From Ginglymostoma cirratum (lineage: Eukaryota): DNA of 64,000 bases. Below, in pieces: positions 12,616-25,256 of the stretch (positions are counted from its first letter, which is position 1; each line of letters starts with the position of its first letter). Below the pieces are notes generated by a model. That model had not been told where the DNA came from, made no database searches, and saw only the letters and a program-made list of their open reading frames with translations. The translations under genes were made by a program, and so were the position numbers. The stretch is taken from contig JAHRHZ010000274.1 of assembly GCA_024137785.1 (NCBI GenBank), forward strand, positions 15,098,387 to 15,162,386. The letters are read 5' to 3'.

Positions 12616-13039
12616 GGTAGGAGTTTTATTTCCTTGTCCAACATTTTTACCAAAACAGGATCTGAATTTAAGGTTAACAAAAAACAGTGTTTTGGCTAAA
12701 AGCTAGTTTCAAATGTTGCATGAAGAGTTTCTTTCTGCAAGGCCTGGTGAAATCTTACCAAACTCATCTCATTAACGTCTCCTCCTCAACCACCATAGTG
12801 TCACTGTCATCTGATTCTTGCTCCATTGTACCTGTTGCTATGTATGGAACAACTCCCTACAGCATATCCTAGAATAGATTGGCATTCTTAGCACCAGTGC
12901 CAACTTTCAAAGATCTTTCTGCACCTGCGCAAGCAATGTTAGAATGAGCTGCCATGCACGGTTCCTGATCTTTGCCCTGAACATGGAAAAGAAAGGAAAA
13001 TTGGCACTCTGCTTTGTCGGCAACAACTGGACGATCCTG

Positions 13040-13190
13040 GTAGCTAGGGTGTTGCGGAGTTGGGACATCCATGGCTCCCAGGACCAGCAGTGAAAGGCAC
13101 CTGGTTCAAGGTTGCCATCAGGATCAGTGCAGTCTCAGCCATCTGGAGGAAGAACATCAATGAACATCTTCACTCCGCCAGGCTACGTGC
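13040..13190 (+). mobile_element. Possible Harbinger-type Myb/SANT (trihelix) ORF relic
   Basis: ~13103-13183 reads WFKVAIRISAVSAIWRKNINEHLHSAR, resembling W..VA..VSA....R...KK.NDL..SAR of Harbinger DNA-binding proteins. Confidence 0.4.
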
Positions 13191-15754
13191 CACCCTCTAA
13201 TACAACACATTCATTCTATCTCTGCTCAGCAGTACCACCTCCCTAAGGTTCATGCTCTACTACTCTCACTATTGATTGCTGACACCACTCCTACCCATGA
13301 CACCACTAATCTTGCACACCCTTCTGCCTCCTCACTTCCACCAGCAGTAACAGCTCTGTCACCCACTTTCATTATCCTTAATACCTGCCTATCTCTCATT
13401 CTACGAGGGCACAAAGAATCAAGATGGGTGGTGGGCTGGCCAACATCTTGCTCCCCACTGCTTTTGAGGAGAGCATTTGAATTCTCACTGTCCCGGTTGG
13501 CTGATTGACCGTGTCCAAGACCCTGGACTGGTATTGGAGGTTACTCCTTACTCACTTACTGTGTCAGAGCTCCCTGACCAGAGGTTACTTCCCTTAAAGT
13601 TACTGGGGACTGACAACCATATCCAGCTTCCCAGCTTTATGACTGTGCTAAGATGCAAGGCAGTACAGTATTATTGTGAGCCTGGTATATAAGGCTGAGG
13701 GTTGGGGTGCAAAAAGATATCGCAAAGCAGGCATGTTACGAGCACCAAGGTAGCTTACTGGTGAGTGAGACTGAGAGACCAAGCAAACAGGCTATGAATA
13801 CAGTCTGTTCTGTCCACAAGCTGGGTCTGAGTCCCTAAGTGCACAATGTCCTTGCTGCAGCATTACAATGAATGCTGCCAATATACCCCAAGGTTTAGAA
13901 TTGAAGTGCTATAAATGGATTAAAGATGTGCCATGATGCTGGCACATGTCAGATGCCAATATCCATAGAAGTGAGGTGCGTGCGCCCTGTGCACATGGAG
14001 CTTGCCCTGAGATATTGGCGCCTGGTGTCCAACGTGGAGGTTCTTTGGAGCAAGTGGCAAGCTGATGTTGATGGGTATCTGCTCTGACTTCCATGACGAG
14101 AATAAGATCAGTGGGAAGGTTAAAAACCTGATTATTAGTATGGCCAGATATGCAGCTGATAAGGTCATTAACAAGCAATAATTCCTATCAATAGGCAACT
14201 TGCTGCTACCTAGTCAGAATCTCGCTTTGGTACCGCACCGCAGTTAAAAGATGCAGCAAATTGTTCCCAACATCAGGACAGGCTTTGCTGCACTTCTCGC
14301 AAAATTCTGCCAAATTTCTTGCTGTAGCTCACATCATTCAGGCTCTTATGAGATTCCGCTCAGTGTCTCAGCAAAATATGCAAAATGACATTCAGGGTTC
14401 CTAGATGGAAGTGAACTTGATGAGTTCGTATCACTGGCAATCTGTTTTCTTATCGCTTTGCCTTTGTTTGAGTTTCTGGGAATGTTGCCATCACATCTTC
14501 TCCAAGCATTTCAGGCACAAAGGATGGATTTTCCATATTTCTTTGTGTTTTGGAAGTGGGAAATGATAAAACAATCTAGTCAAGTGTAACTGAGATGTTA
14601 GTATCTCAAAACAATAAAATATTGGCAGAGACACAGAACTGTTTGTCAAAGCATCAATGTCTCCTGAGTCTTCACTTCACCTAAGAAGCCATTATTGGAT
14701 AATGACACATGCCATAAGCGGACCGCAACTCATCTACAGTGACTTAAGATTTCAACGGCCCTGAATGTTTATGCAATGAAGTCATTCCAGGTTGTCACTT
14801 GATATCACAAATATCATTTGTTCAACTATACACTGATGTATTTTGCAATCACAGATGAATTGTTTACTGGACCTAGTAATTTCATCACATTCCATATGAC
14901 CAATCATTAGCAACATGATAGAGCACCATAAGTTTAGAAAATTACAGGATCCACTGGTCCAAAGAATCTAAGATTGCACCCACACAAGTTAAAACTCTCC
15001 TTTAATCAATAACTGCATCAATGTAACAAACTATCCCATTGTCTTAATACATTTCTGTGAGATGCTACATGCTTAGGTCAAACAACTAAACCAGTGCTCC
15101 TTGATGTAGAAAGACAAGTTTGATTCTTGAGAGAAAATAAGGTAATCCTCTGCAGAATATGGTTCACAGCATGCACATTATTCCAGGATACCTACTCAGC
15201 AATCTTGCATTGAGGTCCATGTGTGCACCAGAGTATTTAAGGAGCATGACATTGGATTATTGGAGGTACACCTTAAAGGACTGGATAAAATATAGTCCTG
15301 CATTTTCCCATAATGGTTAGGCACTGCCTGTTGCACAAGTATACCTTACAAAGGTAAGGTAAGAAGACCTAAAGGACAGCAAGAGGGAATTGATAAGGGA
15401 GCAGTAGCATCAGAAGATGTGGAGTTCTACATTTTGGCAGTCAGAGACCAGTCATTCGGTTTGACCCCCATGAATAACCACTGCAGTCACAGTCTTGTTT
15501 CCTTCATCCTCCTCCCTTCATAAATGTGCCATCATCAATGGATCATTCTTTAGTGCGCGGAAATTCATTACCCAAGGAAAATAAGTTCTAAATCTTTGCA
15601 TGAATAATATTTGCATCGTCAACAGCTTCAATGTAGCAACAATTTGAAAGAGAAACCACATTATGAACATACTTAGCATCTCTTACCACAGAACTTCCCC
15701 TTGCAGCCTGTTTCTCCTCAGTGCAACTGCAGGAGTAGGCAGGAAGTAGTCACT

Positions 15755-15850
15755 GAGATAACAAGGTGTAGAGCTGGGTGAACACAGCAGACCAAGCAGC
15801 ATCAGAGGAGCAGGAAGGCTGACGTTTGGGGCCTAGACCCTTCTTCTGAA
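15755..15850 (-). mobile_element. Young PLE terminal arm (family B) running into a 100-N gap
   Basis: gagataacaaggtgtagagctgggtgaacacagcagaccaagcagcatc..gacgtttggggcctagacccttctt is near-identical to the copies at 23911, 39613, 41045 and 55492; Ns at 15851-15950. Confidence 0.88.
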
Positions 15851-17299
15851 NNNNNNNNNNNNNNNNNNNNNNNNNNNNNNNNNNNNNNNNNNNNNNNNNN
15901 NNNNNNNNNNNNNNNNNNNNNNNNNNNNNNNNNNNNNNNNNNNNNNNNNNCAGATACAGACTAGTTCTACAAATCTTTTGCTGCCAGAGCCAACCTTGAG
16001 GGTGGGATGCAGGTTGGTGGGAATGCCACACAGAGTTGTCATCGTCCAAGTGCATTCTTGCCATGTCACTGGTTTAGAATGCCTACAGATCTGCAGATCT
16101 ACAGATAAGTGAAGTCCTGTAAATGCTTGCCTGCAGCCCAACCCTAATATTTTGGAGTCCAGAGAGACAGTTTTCTTCAATCTCGAACACCAGGCCTCAA
16201 CTGTAGGTGTCTAAATATCCACAGAGGAAGGAAAATTCCTTTGGAACCACTTTTATGATGCTCAAAGCTATAAGCGTTCCTAGAACTGTCACTTACTCCA
16301 TGGTACAGTGTAATTTAAACAGTTGCGTTGTTATACACTTGCTGCTGGTGGATTTATTCAATTGCAACAAGATTGTTGCATACTGTTAGGGATTGCCCTC
16401 GATGCCCACATCAATTATTGATGCTATTCAAGTATTGTTCTTCTTGAAACAAACCCCAAGAGACATAAATTGTCTTAATCTTCAGCCAAGGCACTATGCA
16501 ATTTCATAATCCAGACAGTGTTCTTTTAGTATTAACATTCCCAGCAGCTGCAATACCTCACCCATGTATTATCTAGTGCTTTCCCATCAGCCTCACTCTG
16601 TCAGTTCCCAGGGTTGGATGACCCTGAATTAGGGTTTGGGAAGGATATCATGTGATGGCGTGTGGTGTCAACTGTTGGGCACGCCAGATGTCCTGAGACC
16701 AGGTTCTGTGTCAGTCACATCTTGAGAAAAAAAAGAGGAAGTAAAGTTACGATGAGTTCCTGATGAGCAGGATTTGCATGTAGTTTGGAGAAGGAGTGTC
16801 ATAATTTCATGATGTGGTTTGCTGACAGTTAATCGGACATACCATAAAATAAGAACAAAGAAAAGCAGGTGCTACTCACAAATGCACAGTTGCACATTGC
16901 CTCCTGAACTCCTCTCTCTGCTAAATCTAATTACATCCTTCCCCAAATTCGGGGAACTAATGGGGGATGAGAGGTCAGAGGTTAAAGGGGGGCCATAATG
17001 GATGTGATGACAGGTGCGATTCCACAAACAATTATAATGACTTGCCAAGTGAAAGTACTTGAAGATATGAGTGAAGGCCACTAAGGCGAACGCAGGGAAT
17101 GTAAAAGCATTGCTTATCATATTGATTGGAAGCACTTCAATAAAGTGAAAGGGGGGTGCTTACAAAAATGGCATACTTGTTCATCTGTGCATTTCTATGT
17201 TTCACTCATACAAGCTGAGCTTGGAGCCTCTTACATTATTTGATCTAGTGAAGTCAGTACTGTAAAGCTCCTTCTGTACCACCTGGACATCAAACTTAT

Positions 17300-18290
17300 G
17301 TGGCCTTCCCAGATCATCTCCTTCTTTCTCCCATTCTGCTTGTTAAAACTCTAGATCTATCTGAGTAGAAATTTCCTCCAAACTAAATGTTGGGAAAACT
17401 GAAGCATTGTCTTCAGTCCTAATCATTGACTCTGTAATCTAGTCACTGACTTCATCACTCTCCCTGGTCACTGTCTGAGGTTCAACTTGACCACATACAA
17501 CCTAGGCATTGTATTTCACCCTGAGGCGAACTATGACCATGTATCCATTCATCACCATAAAAATATAAGGTGTAGAAGTATGCCATCCAGCCCATCAGAT
17601 CTGAACTGCCATTCAAAGAATCATAACAGATCTTATAGTCCTCAACTTGACTGTCCTGCCTTTTCCCCATCACCCTTAATTCCGTTACTGATTGAAAATC
17701 TATCTCAGACTCTAACCAAGACTACTTCATCTTTGTAATATTGCCCTCCTTAGCCCTACCTCTGTTCCATTGCTGCTGAAGCCCTTATTCCTGCCTGCAG
17801 ACCACTCTATGCAAATTGTCTCCTGGATTATGACCTTCCATCTTCCACCCTGTGTAAACTCAAATGCATCCAAAAAAATCTGTTGCAAAGTTTATAAGTT
17901 GATCAAGTTCCAATAATCATTTCTCTCCATGTTCTCAGCAGACCAACCAAATCCTAGCCCAGGAATTCCTAAATTTTAAAATTCTCATCCATGCGGTCAA
18001 ATTTCTTTATGGCCTTACTCTTCCCTATCTCTGTAAAGTTCTCAAGATCTACAGGCCTTCATGTTTTCTGTACTCCTTCAATTTTGGTCTCTTTAGTATT
18101 CCTGATTTAAATTGGTCAGAGGTTACTATGGCTAATACCTAAAGTGTTAATTTCTGTCCCTTTCTTTCCTCGTTTAAGCCATTTCTACTTCTTTGCCCAT
18201 TTTTTTCTTAAATCACCTCACCCAATATTATCTTAGGTAGGTCAAATCAAATTTTTAGGTCTTGCAACATTTAACTACAGTGAAGGTTAC
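17300..18290 (+). mobile_element. L2-clade LINE 3' remnant with a nested minus-strand CR1 tail (~17550-17710)
   Basis: Frameshifted NFLQ-LNVGKTEA (~17368-17410) and NLGIVFHPEANYDHV (~17499-17543) resemble the L2 motifs LNxxKTE and NLGVIFD. Confidence 0.65.
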
Positions 18291-18499
18291 GTTTGTTCTA
18301 CTACTCCCATGGGAGCTCTCTATAATATCTTGGGGTTCTCCATAATAAACAATGTATTACTCTCCTGTCACACTGACCACAGCAGGATTTTTACTCCCAT
18401 TCTACAGACCTAAACTTACCTGAACATTGCTCCTTGAAAAGCAATGACCTGATCTTTGCCATCTAAGCTGTTGTACCCCTTTAAATACCAGTACAGACA

Positions 18500-19385
18500 A
18501 ACATAGAAATGAGAGAAAGTAGTGCACAACCAGAACATTTATCCCTTCAAACCTGCTCTGCCATTCAATACAATCACGGGCTTATCATCTAACTCAGTCT
18601 CCTGTTCTTCCTTTCTTTTCATATCCTTTGATTCTTTTAGCACTAAGAACTATATCTAACTTCTTTTTGGAGACATTCAATGTTTTGGCCTCAAATTCTT
18701 ACTGCGGCAGAGAATTCCATAGGCTCCCCACTTCCTAGGTGAAAACACTTCTATTCATCACAGTCCTAAATGGCCTACCCCATACCCTAGATTGTGACCC
18801 CAGGTTCCCAGGTCATTAGGAATGTCATTCTTGCATTCACACTGTCTGGTCCAGAAGAATTTTAAGGGTTTATATGTGATTCCCCTCATTCTTCAAAGGT
18901 CCAGTAAATATAATCCTAGCTGATCCACTCTCTTTTCATACATCCATTGCCATTGATTCATGCACTCTGATAAACCTTCATTGCACTCCTTCAATAACTA
19001 GAATATCCTTCCTCAGATAAGCGAACTGAAACTTCACGCAATATTCCAGGTGTGGTCTCACCAATGTCCACTACAGTTACAGCAATACATCCTTGTTCCC
19101 GTTCTTGAATCCTCTCATTATGAAGGCCAACATACTATTTGCCTTCTTCATTGCCTGCTGCATCTGTGTGTTTACTTTCAGCGACTGGTATACAAGGACA
19201 CCCACACCTCGTTACACCTCCCTTTTCCAAATCTGTCACCATTCTCATAGTAATAGCCCGCCTTCCTGTTTTTCTACAAAAGTAAATAACCTCACTTTTA
19301 TCTACATTGTACTTCTTCTGTTATACATTTACCCACTCACTCAACTTGTGCAAATCACACTGAAGCATCAGCTCGTCCTCCCACT
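18500..19385 (-). mobile_element. CR1 LINE 3' fragment
   Basis: Minus strand TLVRPHLEYCVKFQFAYLR (~19010-19068) and CR1 3'UTR at ~18500-18600. Confidence 0.85.
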
Positions 19386-19716
19386 CAGTATTGTTCCAAT
19401 ATCTGGAGCTTACCTGCAATACTACAAGAAAGCTGACCACAAAAATCAAACCAGCGTCAATATTCATTGTGTCAACAAAAGAAAAACATATTCTGTCTCA
19501 TTTCCACTTGCGTTTTTACCTGATCTGAAAATACAGGCTTGAATGTCAACATGTTTTCAACTATGGGATGAATTTGATTCCATTCTTACAAGGTGCACAG
19601 AAATATTCTGACAAAAATTGAAAATGAGTGCCATAAGCAAATGTTCCCTTCTGCAGGCAAAGTGAAGCTAATTATACCCCACCATTTCCGACTCAGATAA
19701 GCGATTGAAGTTGGGA

Positions 19717-19960
19717 AGCAAGAACAAAAAACTGCAGATGCTGAAAATCAGGAACAAAAACAGAAAGAGCTGGAGAAATTCAGCAGGTCTGGCAGCATCT
19801 ATGGAGAGGAAGTAGAGTCAATGTTTCGGGTCCAATGACCCTTCTTCAGGACAGAAGATAGATCATCTGAAGAAAGGTTACTGAACCAAAAATGTTGACT
19901 CTACATTCTCTCCACAGGTGCTGCCAGACCTGCTGAGTTTGTCCAGTGGTTTATATTTTT
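19717..19960. mobile_element. Fold-back (hairpin) PLE-derived insertion, family A
   Basis: 19760-19849 and 19867-19960 are imperfect reverse complements separated by a ~17-nt loop. Degenerate TSD gattgaagttggga (19703-19716) / gattgaacctgaga (19961-19974). Confidence 0.88.
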
Positions 19961-20569
19961 GATTGAACCTGAGACTTCCCTGCTGTATGGAGGTCAATAC
20001 TGAACAAGGTGGTCCCTTATTCTACAAACTGTCTGGTGACAGTGAGCTTGGTCCCTTACTTACGAATTACAGTTTTATTTTAACTTATTCAAAAATTTCC
20101 TTTTGGGATTGTTGATGATAATCTTCATAAACTTCTTAACAAATGGATTACATTGAGTTGATGCTTCATTGACATTAGAAGGATGATAATCTCAAGCTTT
20201 CATGCCATAAACATTCTAGAAAACTAAATTCTGTTATTGACTCACCATTGTATATTCCTACGCAAGCTCTGCAGTGTGACTGTACTGCAGAGAAGTAATT
20301 GCTTGAAATGTCACTTTACATATTGTGACCTATTTGATATGGAAGGTTTTTGATACATTGGTTTCAGTCTTACCATTTTCAGACTGTAAGTGTCTCTGGT
20401 TCATTTCTCTTTGTTTCCCTGGTACAATAGTGGCTTTCTGATCTAAACAGGTCAGTTTTCAATTTCTGCTGCCTCACTGCTAGTGGCTAGCTAACTGGTA
20501 CAAGGCTGAATTCCCGTCATGCCAGGCAACATCTGGCTAGAGCATCATTTGCCTGCCTTTTAAATTAGA

Positions 20570-20862
20570 TAATAAACCCCACTTTTCTTTTAGGTGCATA
20601 CAAAAATTCACATGGCATTATTTTAAAATTATTTTTCAATTGAAGATGAACAGAGAAGTTTCCCTCTGGTTTCGTAACCACCTACACTTAAAACAGTTGA
20701 TCTGGCTGTTTATTTCCTTGCCTTTTTGTTTGGAACTAGTGATGTACAAAGTGATTGCTGTTTTACTCAGGTTATAACAATGACAACCACTTCAAAAGTA
20801 CTTCAGTGGTTGTAAAGAAATTGGCTGAGTTTGTAAAAGGTGCTACAGAAATGCAGGTTCTT
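20570..20862 (+). mobile_element. Deu-domain SINE remnant
   Basis: aggtgcatacaaaaattcacatggcattatt..gaacagagaagtttccc and tail tggttgtaaag..gtaaaaggtgctacagaaatgcagg, similar to 7380-7770. Confidence 0.55.
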
Positions 20863-23343
20863 CCACCCTTGTTGTTTTAAGTACCCATCTCCCCCTAGAA
20901 ACCCATCGACAACATCACAACAGTCATTGGCATCAATTCTTTACCTAACTACAGCAGTGCAGGTCTAACACTAGTATTTTCTTGTTTAAGTGAAGCTGAC
21001 ACCACATTGCTCGGAGCAATTATACATGATGACAATGTGGGTTGTTTGTGATTTGGTTTCAAGCAAAGCCAAGAAATTTGGCTACTCTATTTAAAAGATA
21101 TAAAGAACGCCAATTTAATTTGAAAGCCAACAGACATCACATTGTGAAAATGCTAAACCATCTGTCCACTGTAGTAATTGGCAAGGCTTAATCTCACCTC
21201 TTGAGGTCCAGCAATTAACACCGCACTGAGGATTTTGTTTGGAGTCCTAGGTGATTAATGGGGGCAAACCGCATAATGAAATGATGAAAATCATCACAGA
21301 TCAGGTGTTACACCAGAATTTTTTTATCATAACATGACATGGTTGAGAGAGATACAAGGATGTTTAAAATCTCACTATTAATAAACCAGACTGTGTCTCC
21401 AAGGGAGTTTGTTCTCCAAAAGGTAAGCCTTACTCCTGAAAAAAAATTACTCAGATAAAATGTGAAATATATATGCGATTCAAAAATATTTTGCATATTG
21501 CAAAAGACAAAAATACAGTTCAAATGCACTTGGAGGTATATCGTTCCAGGTGTTGTTGGCATCAATATGTTCAAATGTGACATTTAAAGAGATCCTACAT
21601 GTATGAAGTTAGGATGAATGCAAATCCATTCATTTTAATCCGTAACACTTCTTTTGAATGGATGCTACACTGATTCAGAGTTGCACAGTTTCCAAATGGT
21701 TTTGGAACATTACACACATTTCCATCCAAAACTTTGGAAGGTGCAACATTTACTCTGAAAGTACACCATTTTCCTTTGTCTGTGAGACAAATGAGTATGT
21801 GACCACAAGCAGTGCTTTATTCAGAGCTTCTTTTTGCAATCTGTTCCTCCTTCCTATTGATGAAACTACCTTCCACATTTGCTATGGCTCTTTTCACAAA
21901 GAGACAGGGAAAATTGAGTGGCAAAAGCCAGGAAAAAAAAGCTATTTTCTAATTTACTAGTTTGCAATCCCTCAAGTCGTCCAGGCACTCTCAAAATCAT
22001 CTGAAGTGAGACTTCTCCATATCATGGCTCCTCCACAAGAAAATTACACCAAAATATATTGTGTTCAAAAACAAACTCTGTAGCATCTACAGGCTATGCA
22101 AGTTCATAACATTTAAGTAAAAAGGTAACCAAGCTGGAACCCTAATGCTACAAATAGTCAGACTCTGGGTATACAGTTTTCAATGCCCAAGCCATTCAGT
22201 CCTGTTTGCAATCGCAACACCTATTCGTTGATTTACTTTGTTTACATTTTGTGCTTCTGAAAGTTTGGAATAGACGTTTTGCAACCACTATTGCCTCACT
22301 AGAGGATATATCCTTAACCAGGCCCTAGAATTGCAGAAGCAAGGGGAGCTATAACAGAGTGAATGGGCCTGTTTGAGGCACAGTGGTGGTTTTCCTATCT
22401 TTGGGCCATAAAGCCTGAGTTTACATCCCACTACTACTAAAGGGCATTGTAACATTTCTGGACAGGTTCATTTACAAAAGTACAGGGCCAAGGCTGTAAG
22501 TGGAAAAACTATTCACTGCATTTTATTTATCACTGTAAAATACACGTGACAATAAAATCATAAAAACTAAGCAATGTATATCCCCCACATATACACTGGA
22601 TAATGACGGATGGGTGTCCCACAATGTTGCCGCTCAACAGGTCTTTGTATTTCTGGCACCTTCTTTTCTTTTCAAATTTCTGACCACATTTGAAATTAGA
22701 ATCTTCCTGGTCTGCGTAGCTTATTTGCCAAATACATTATGGACTTACCCATGACAGCTGAATTGGATCATCATACAGAATATTGCAATATCTAATCTTG
22801 CACGGGGAAAAATTTGGCTTACTCTTTGTGGTCTGCTTCAATACAATTTAAAAACAAAAATATTGCAGGCTGAAAAGGGGAAATTTAGGATCATTCTACA
22901 GAGATAACCTAAGGCCAAGTGGTCTTTCTTATTTGTAATTATCTTGTGATTTTGTAATGAAAGCGGTGTGCTTTTTTTTGAGGGTTTTTTTTTGTGTCTT
23001 TTTGAACCAACATGCTTATATTTAGGAAGTAAACATATTCAGTAAGTTAGACAAAATTAAGTAGAAAGCCTGTGGCTTCCCCTTCAATTCTTTGTCATTG
23101 TGTCATTAATAAGAACAATAATAAATAAAAGCCCATACCTGAAATGAACTCAGGGATGTTTATTTGTCTGCATTTTCCACTTTGTTTTATTACCCCTCTG
23201 CTACTATCTAGCACAAGGGGATAATTCTCTGAAAAAGAACAGCACTAAAGTGACAGAGATTTGCCAAAGGTATCCGTGCAGATGGTCATTGGACAGGATT
23301 AGTTTGTGATGGCGCCCATAATCAAGTAGCCAACCAAGATTCA

Positions 23344-23447
23344 CTAACAAAAACAGAGCTGCTGGAAAAGCTCAGCAGGTCTGGCAGCATCTGTGAAGGG
23401 AAAAACAGAATTAACGTTTCGGGTCCGGTGACCCTTCCTCAGAACTG
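23344..23447 (-). mobile_element. Short PLE 3'-end insertion with the best-preserved hammerhead-like motif
   Basis: Homologous to 2312-2409; possible 7-bp TSD agattca at 23337-23343 and 23448-23454. Confidence 0.88.
23409..23447 (-). ncRNA. Minimal type-I hammerhead-ribozyme-like motif
   Basis: Minus strand cAGUU-CUGAGGA-A-GGGUC(ACCG)GACCC-GAAA-CGUU-AAUU: core boxes CUGAnGA and GAAA, perfect 5-bp stem II, palindromic AACGUU stem III, and 4-bp stem I with one G-U pair. Activity is not demonstrated. Confidence 0.65.
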
Positions 23448-23910
23448 AGATTCAACCAACATTTACTGCCCAGGAATCAAATAAATGAAAAGTCCAACTA
23501 ACCCACTCAAGCTTTTGCCTCACAGCGGTTAAAAAAAATTTGAATCAAATAAAATTTTGAATAACCATATTTGGTAACACCTGTCCTGTTGTCGAGAAAT
23601 GTTGGTGAAAGGTCAAGAATTTTAACTTTATGTGCTACCAAGATTGACACGAATAAAAGGGCAGGGGTGAAAAATCGAGAAGTGACAGCTTGTTGATGAA
23701 AAGTTTGGTTATTTTAAAAAGCCTGAAGATCATAGGAAGTTAATTAGTGCTGTGGTGAGTGCTTTAAACTAAGTTGGCAAGGGAAGGTGAACTGGGTTAC
23801 AGTTAACAGAAGACAGACAAGATCCACAGAAAAGACAAGAAGCAGTGAAGAATATTACAGAAAGGACAGGAATTAGATGGATGAAGAAAACAAAGCTGGA
23901 TATTAGAATG

Positions 23911-24126
23911 AACACAGCTGGCCAAGCAGCATCAGAGGAACAGGAAGGCTGATGTTTCGGGCCTAGACCCTTCTTCAGAAATGGCACACAACCCAGTACC
24001 ATTTTGGGCCTTTCAGGCCCGAAACGTCAGCCTTCCTGCTCCTTTGATGCTGCTTGGCCTGCTGTGTTCATCCAGCTCTACATCTTGTTATCTCAGATTC
24101 TCCAGCATCTGCAGTTCCTACTATCT
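23911..24126. mobile_element. Fold-back PLE-derived insertion, family B, with 15-bp TSD
   Basis: 23911-23963 pairs with ~24015-24068; perfect direct repeat ctggatattagaatg at 23896-23910 and 24127-24141. Confidence 0.93.
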
Positions 24127-25213
24127 CTGGATATTAGAATGCAAATTAATGAGCACAATGGTACAAATCAGGTTGCTGAGCTGCGGGCACAAGTTACCAC
24201 ATGCGTTCTGAGATAGTCATTCTGACAGTGGCTCGGTATAAACATAAGCAGGGACGGGAGCTAAATATTTCTGGCTGCAACATGCTCAGGAGAGATAGGG
24301 AAGGAAAAATTGAAGCAGGAAAACTGAGGCGTAAAATCTTCCACAGCCCCTGAATGTCATAGGAAATGACAATAAAGTTGGGAAAGTCATGTGAGATGGC
24401 CAGAGAGCAGCTTCTCAACATCACAAGCATAAAGTTCCATTTGCCACATGAACAGCAATGCAAGATTCATTGCTGAAAGACGAGAGGCTTATTTGCAAGT
24501 ATCAGCACACATTGCCACCTCATTATCATCAAATCTTGCCTTGTTAATAGCATTATCGAATTCTCCCACCTACTGGATAGAAACAAGACAGTGACAATTC
24601 CTGACATGAATGCTGGGGTAGTTGCCTGGTGACTTCAACTCACTGCTTGCTTCTCGCAACCTCCATCATGGATCACATGGCAGGCACACAACCCAGACCA
24701 GGTCAATGGCATTCGACATATACCAGTCTCACCACACCCATCATGCCCCATCTCGGATCCACTTACAATAAATTTCTCTACTTCAGTGCTGCATGTTAGA
24801 ATGCACCAGCACCTTTAATTGTAATGCTGTTGCCAGTACACTGTGCACTGGGACAGGCACTCTTCTCATGGATTGGACCATGTTGCATCTCAGCTCTGTT
24901 GCTCACTCTCTTATTGCTCATTCACTTTGCGCCTACTCGGATGTTCACAGCATCCCTGCCTCACCTTGCCTTGCCTTGCTGTGCTTTGACACCTCAGCCA
25001 GCGTTTAAAGACTACCCGTAATTCTGCCTCGCCTTTAGCTTAGAGCAGGCGCAAACTGAGGCAGTTTTCTGTGGTTGTCAGCAGTATCAGTCAATGTGTT
25101 ATGTCAATTTCACACCAAAAGCATATGCAAACAGCCTGTGCAGCAAACTGCATGTGTATCAACCAAATAGCTACATCTCAAAGTCTAAGAGGAGTAGTCC
25201 TTAGTCAAATTCT

Positions 25214-25256
25214 GTGTGTGTGTATGTGTGTGTGTGTGCGCACATGCGCGTGTGTG
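25214..25256. repeat. (TG)n microsatellite, imperfect
   Basis: Directly visible. Confidence 0.9.

Noticed and set aside
23911-24126. PLE hairpins interpreted as DNA-transposon MITEs or miRNA genes
   Set aside because: The arms match the 3' end of a PLE that encodes the ORF C-terminus (46206-46580), the TSDs are long and variable, and the arms are asymmetric, all pointing to retrotransposition.
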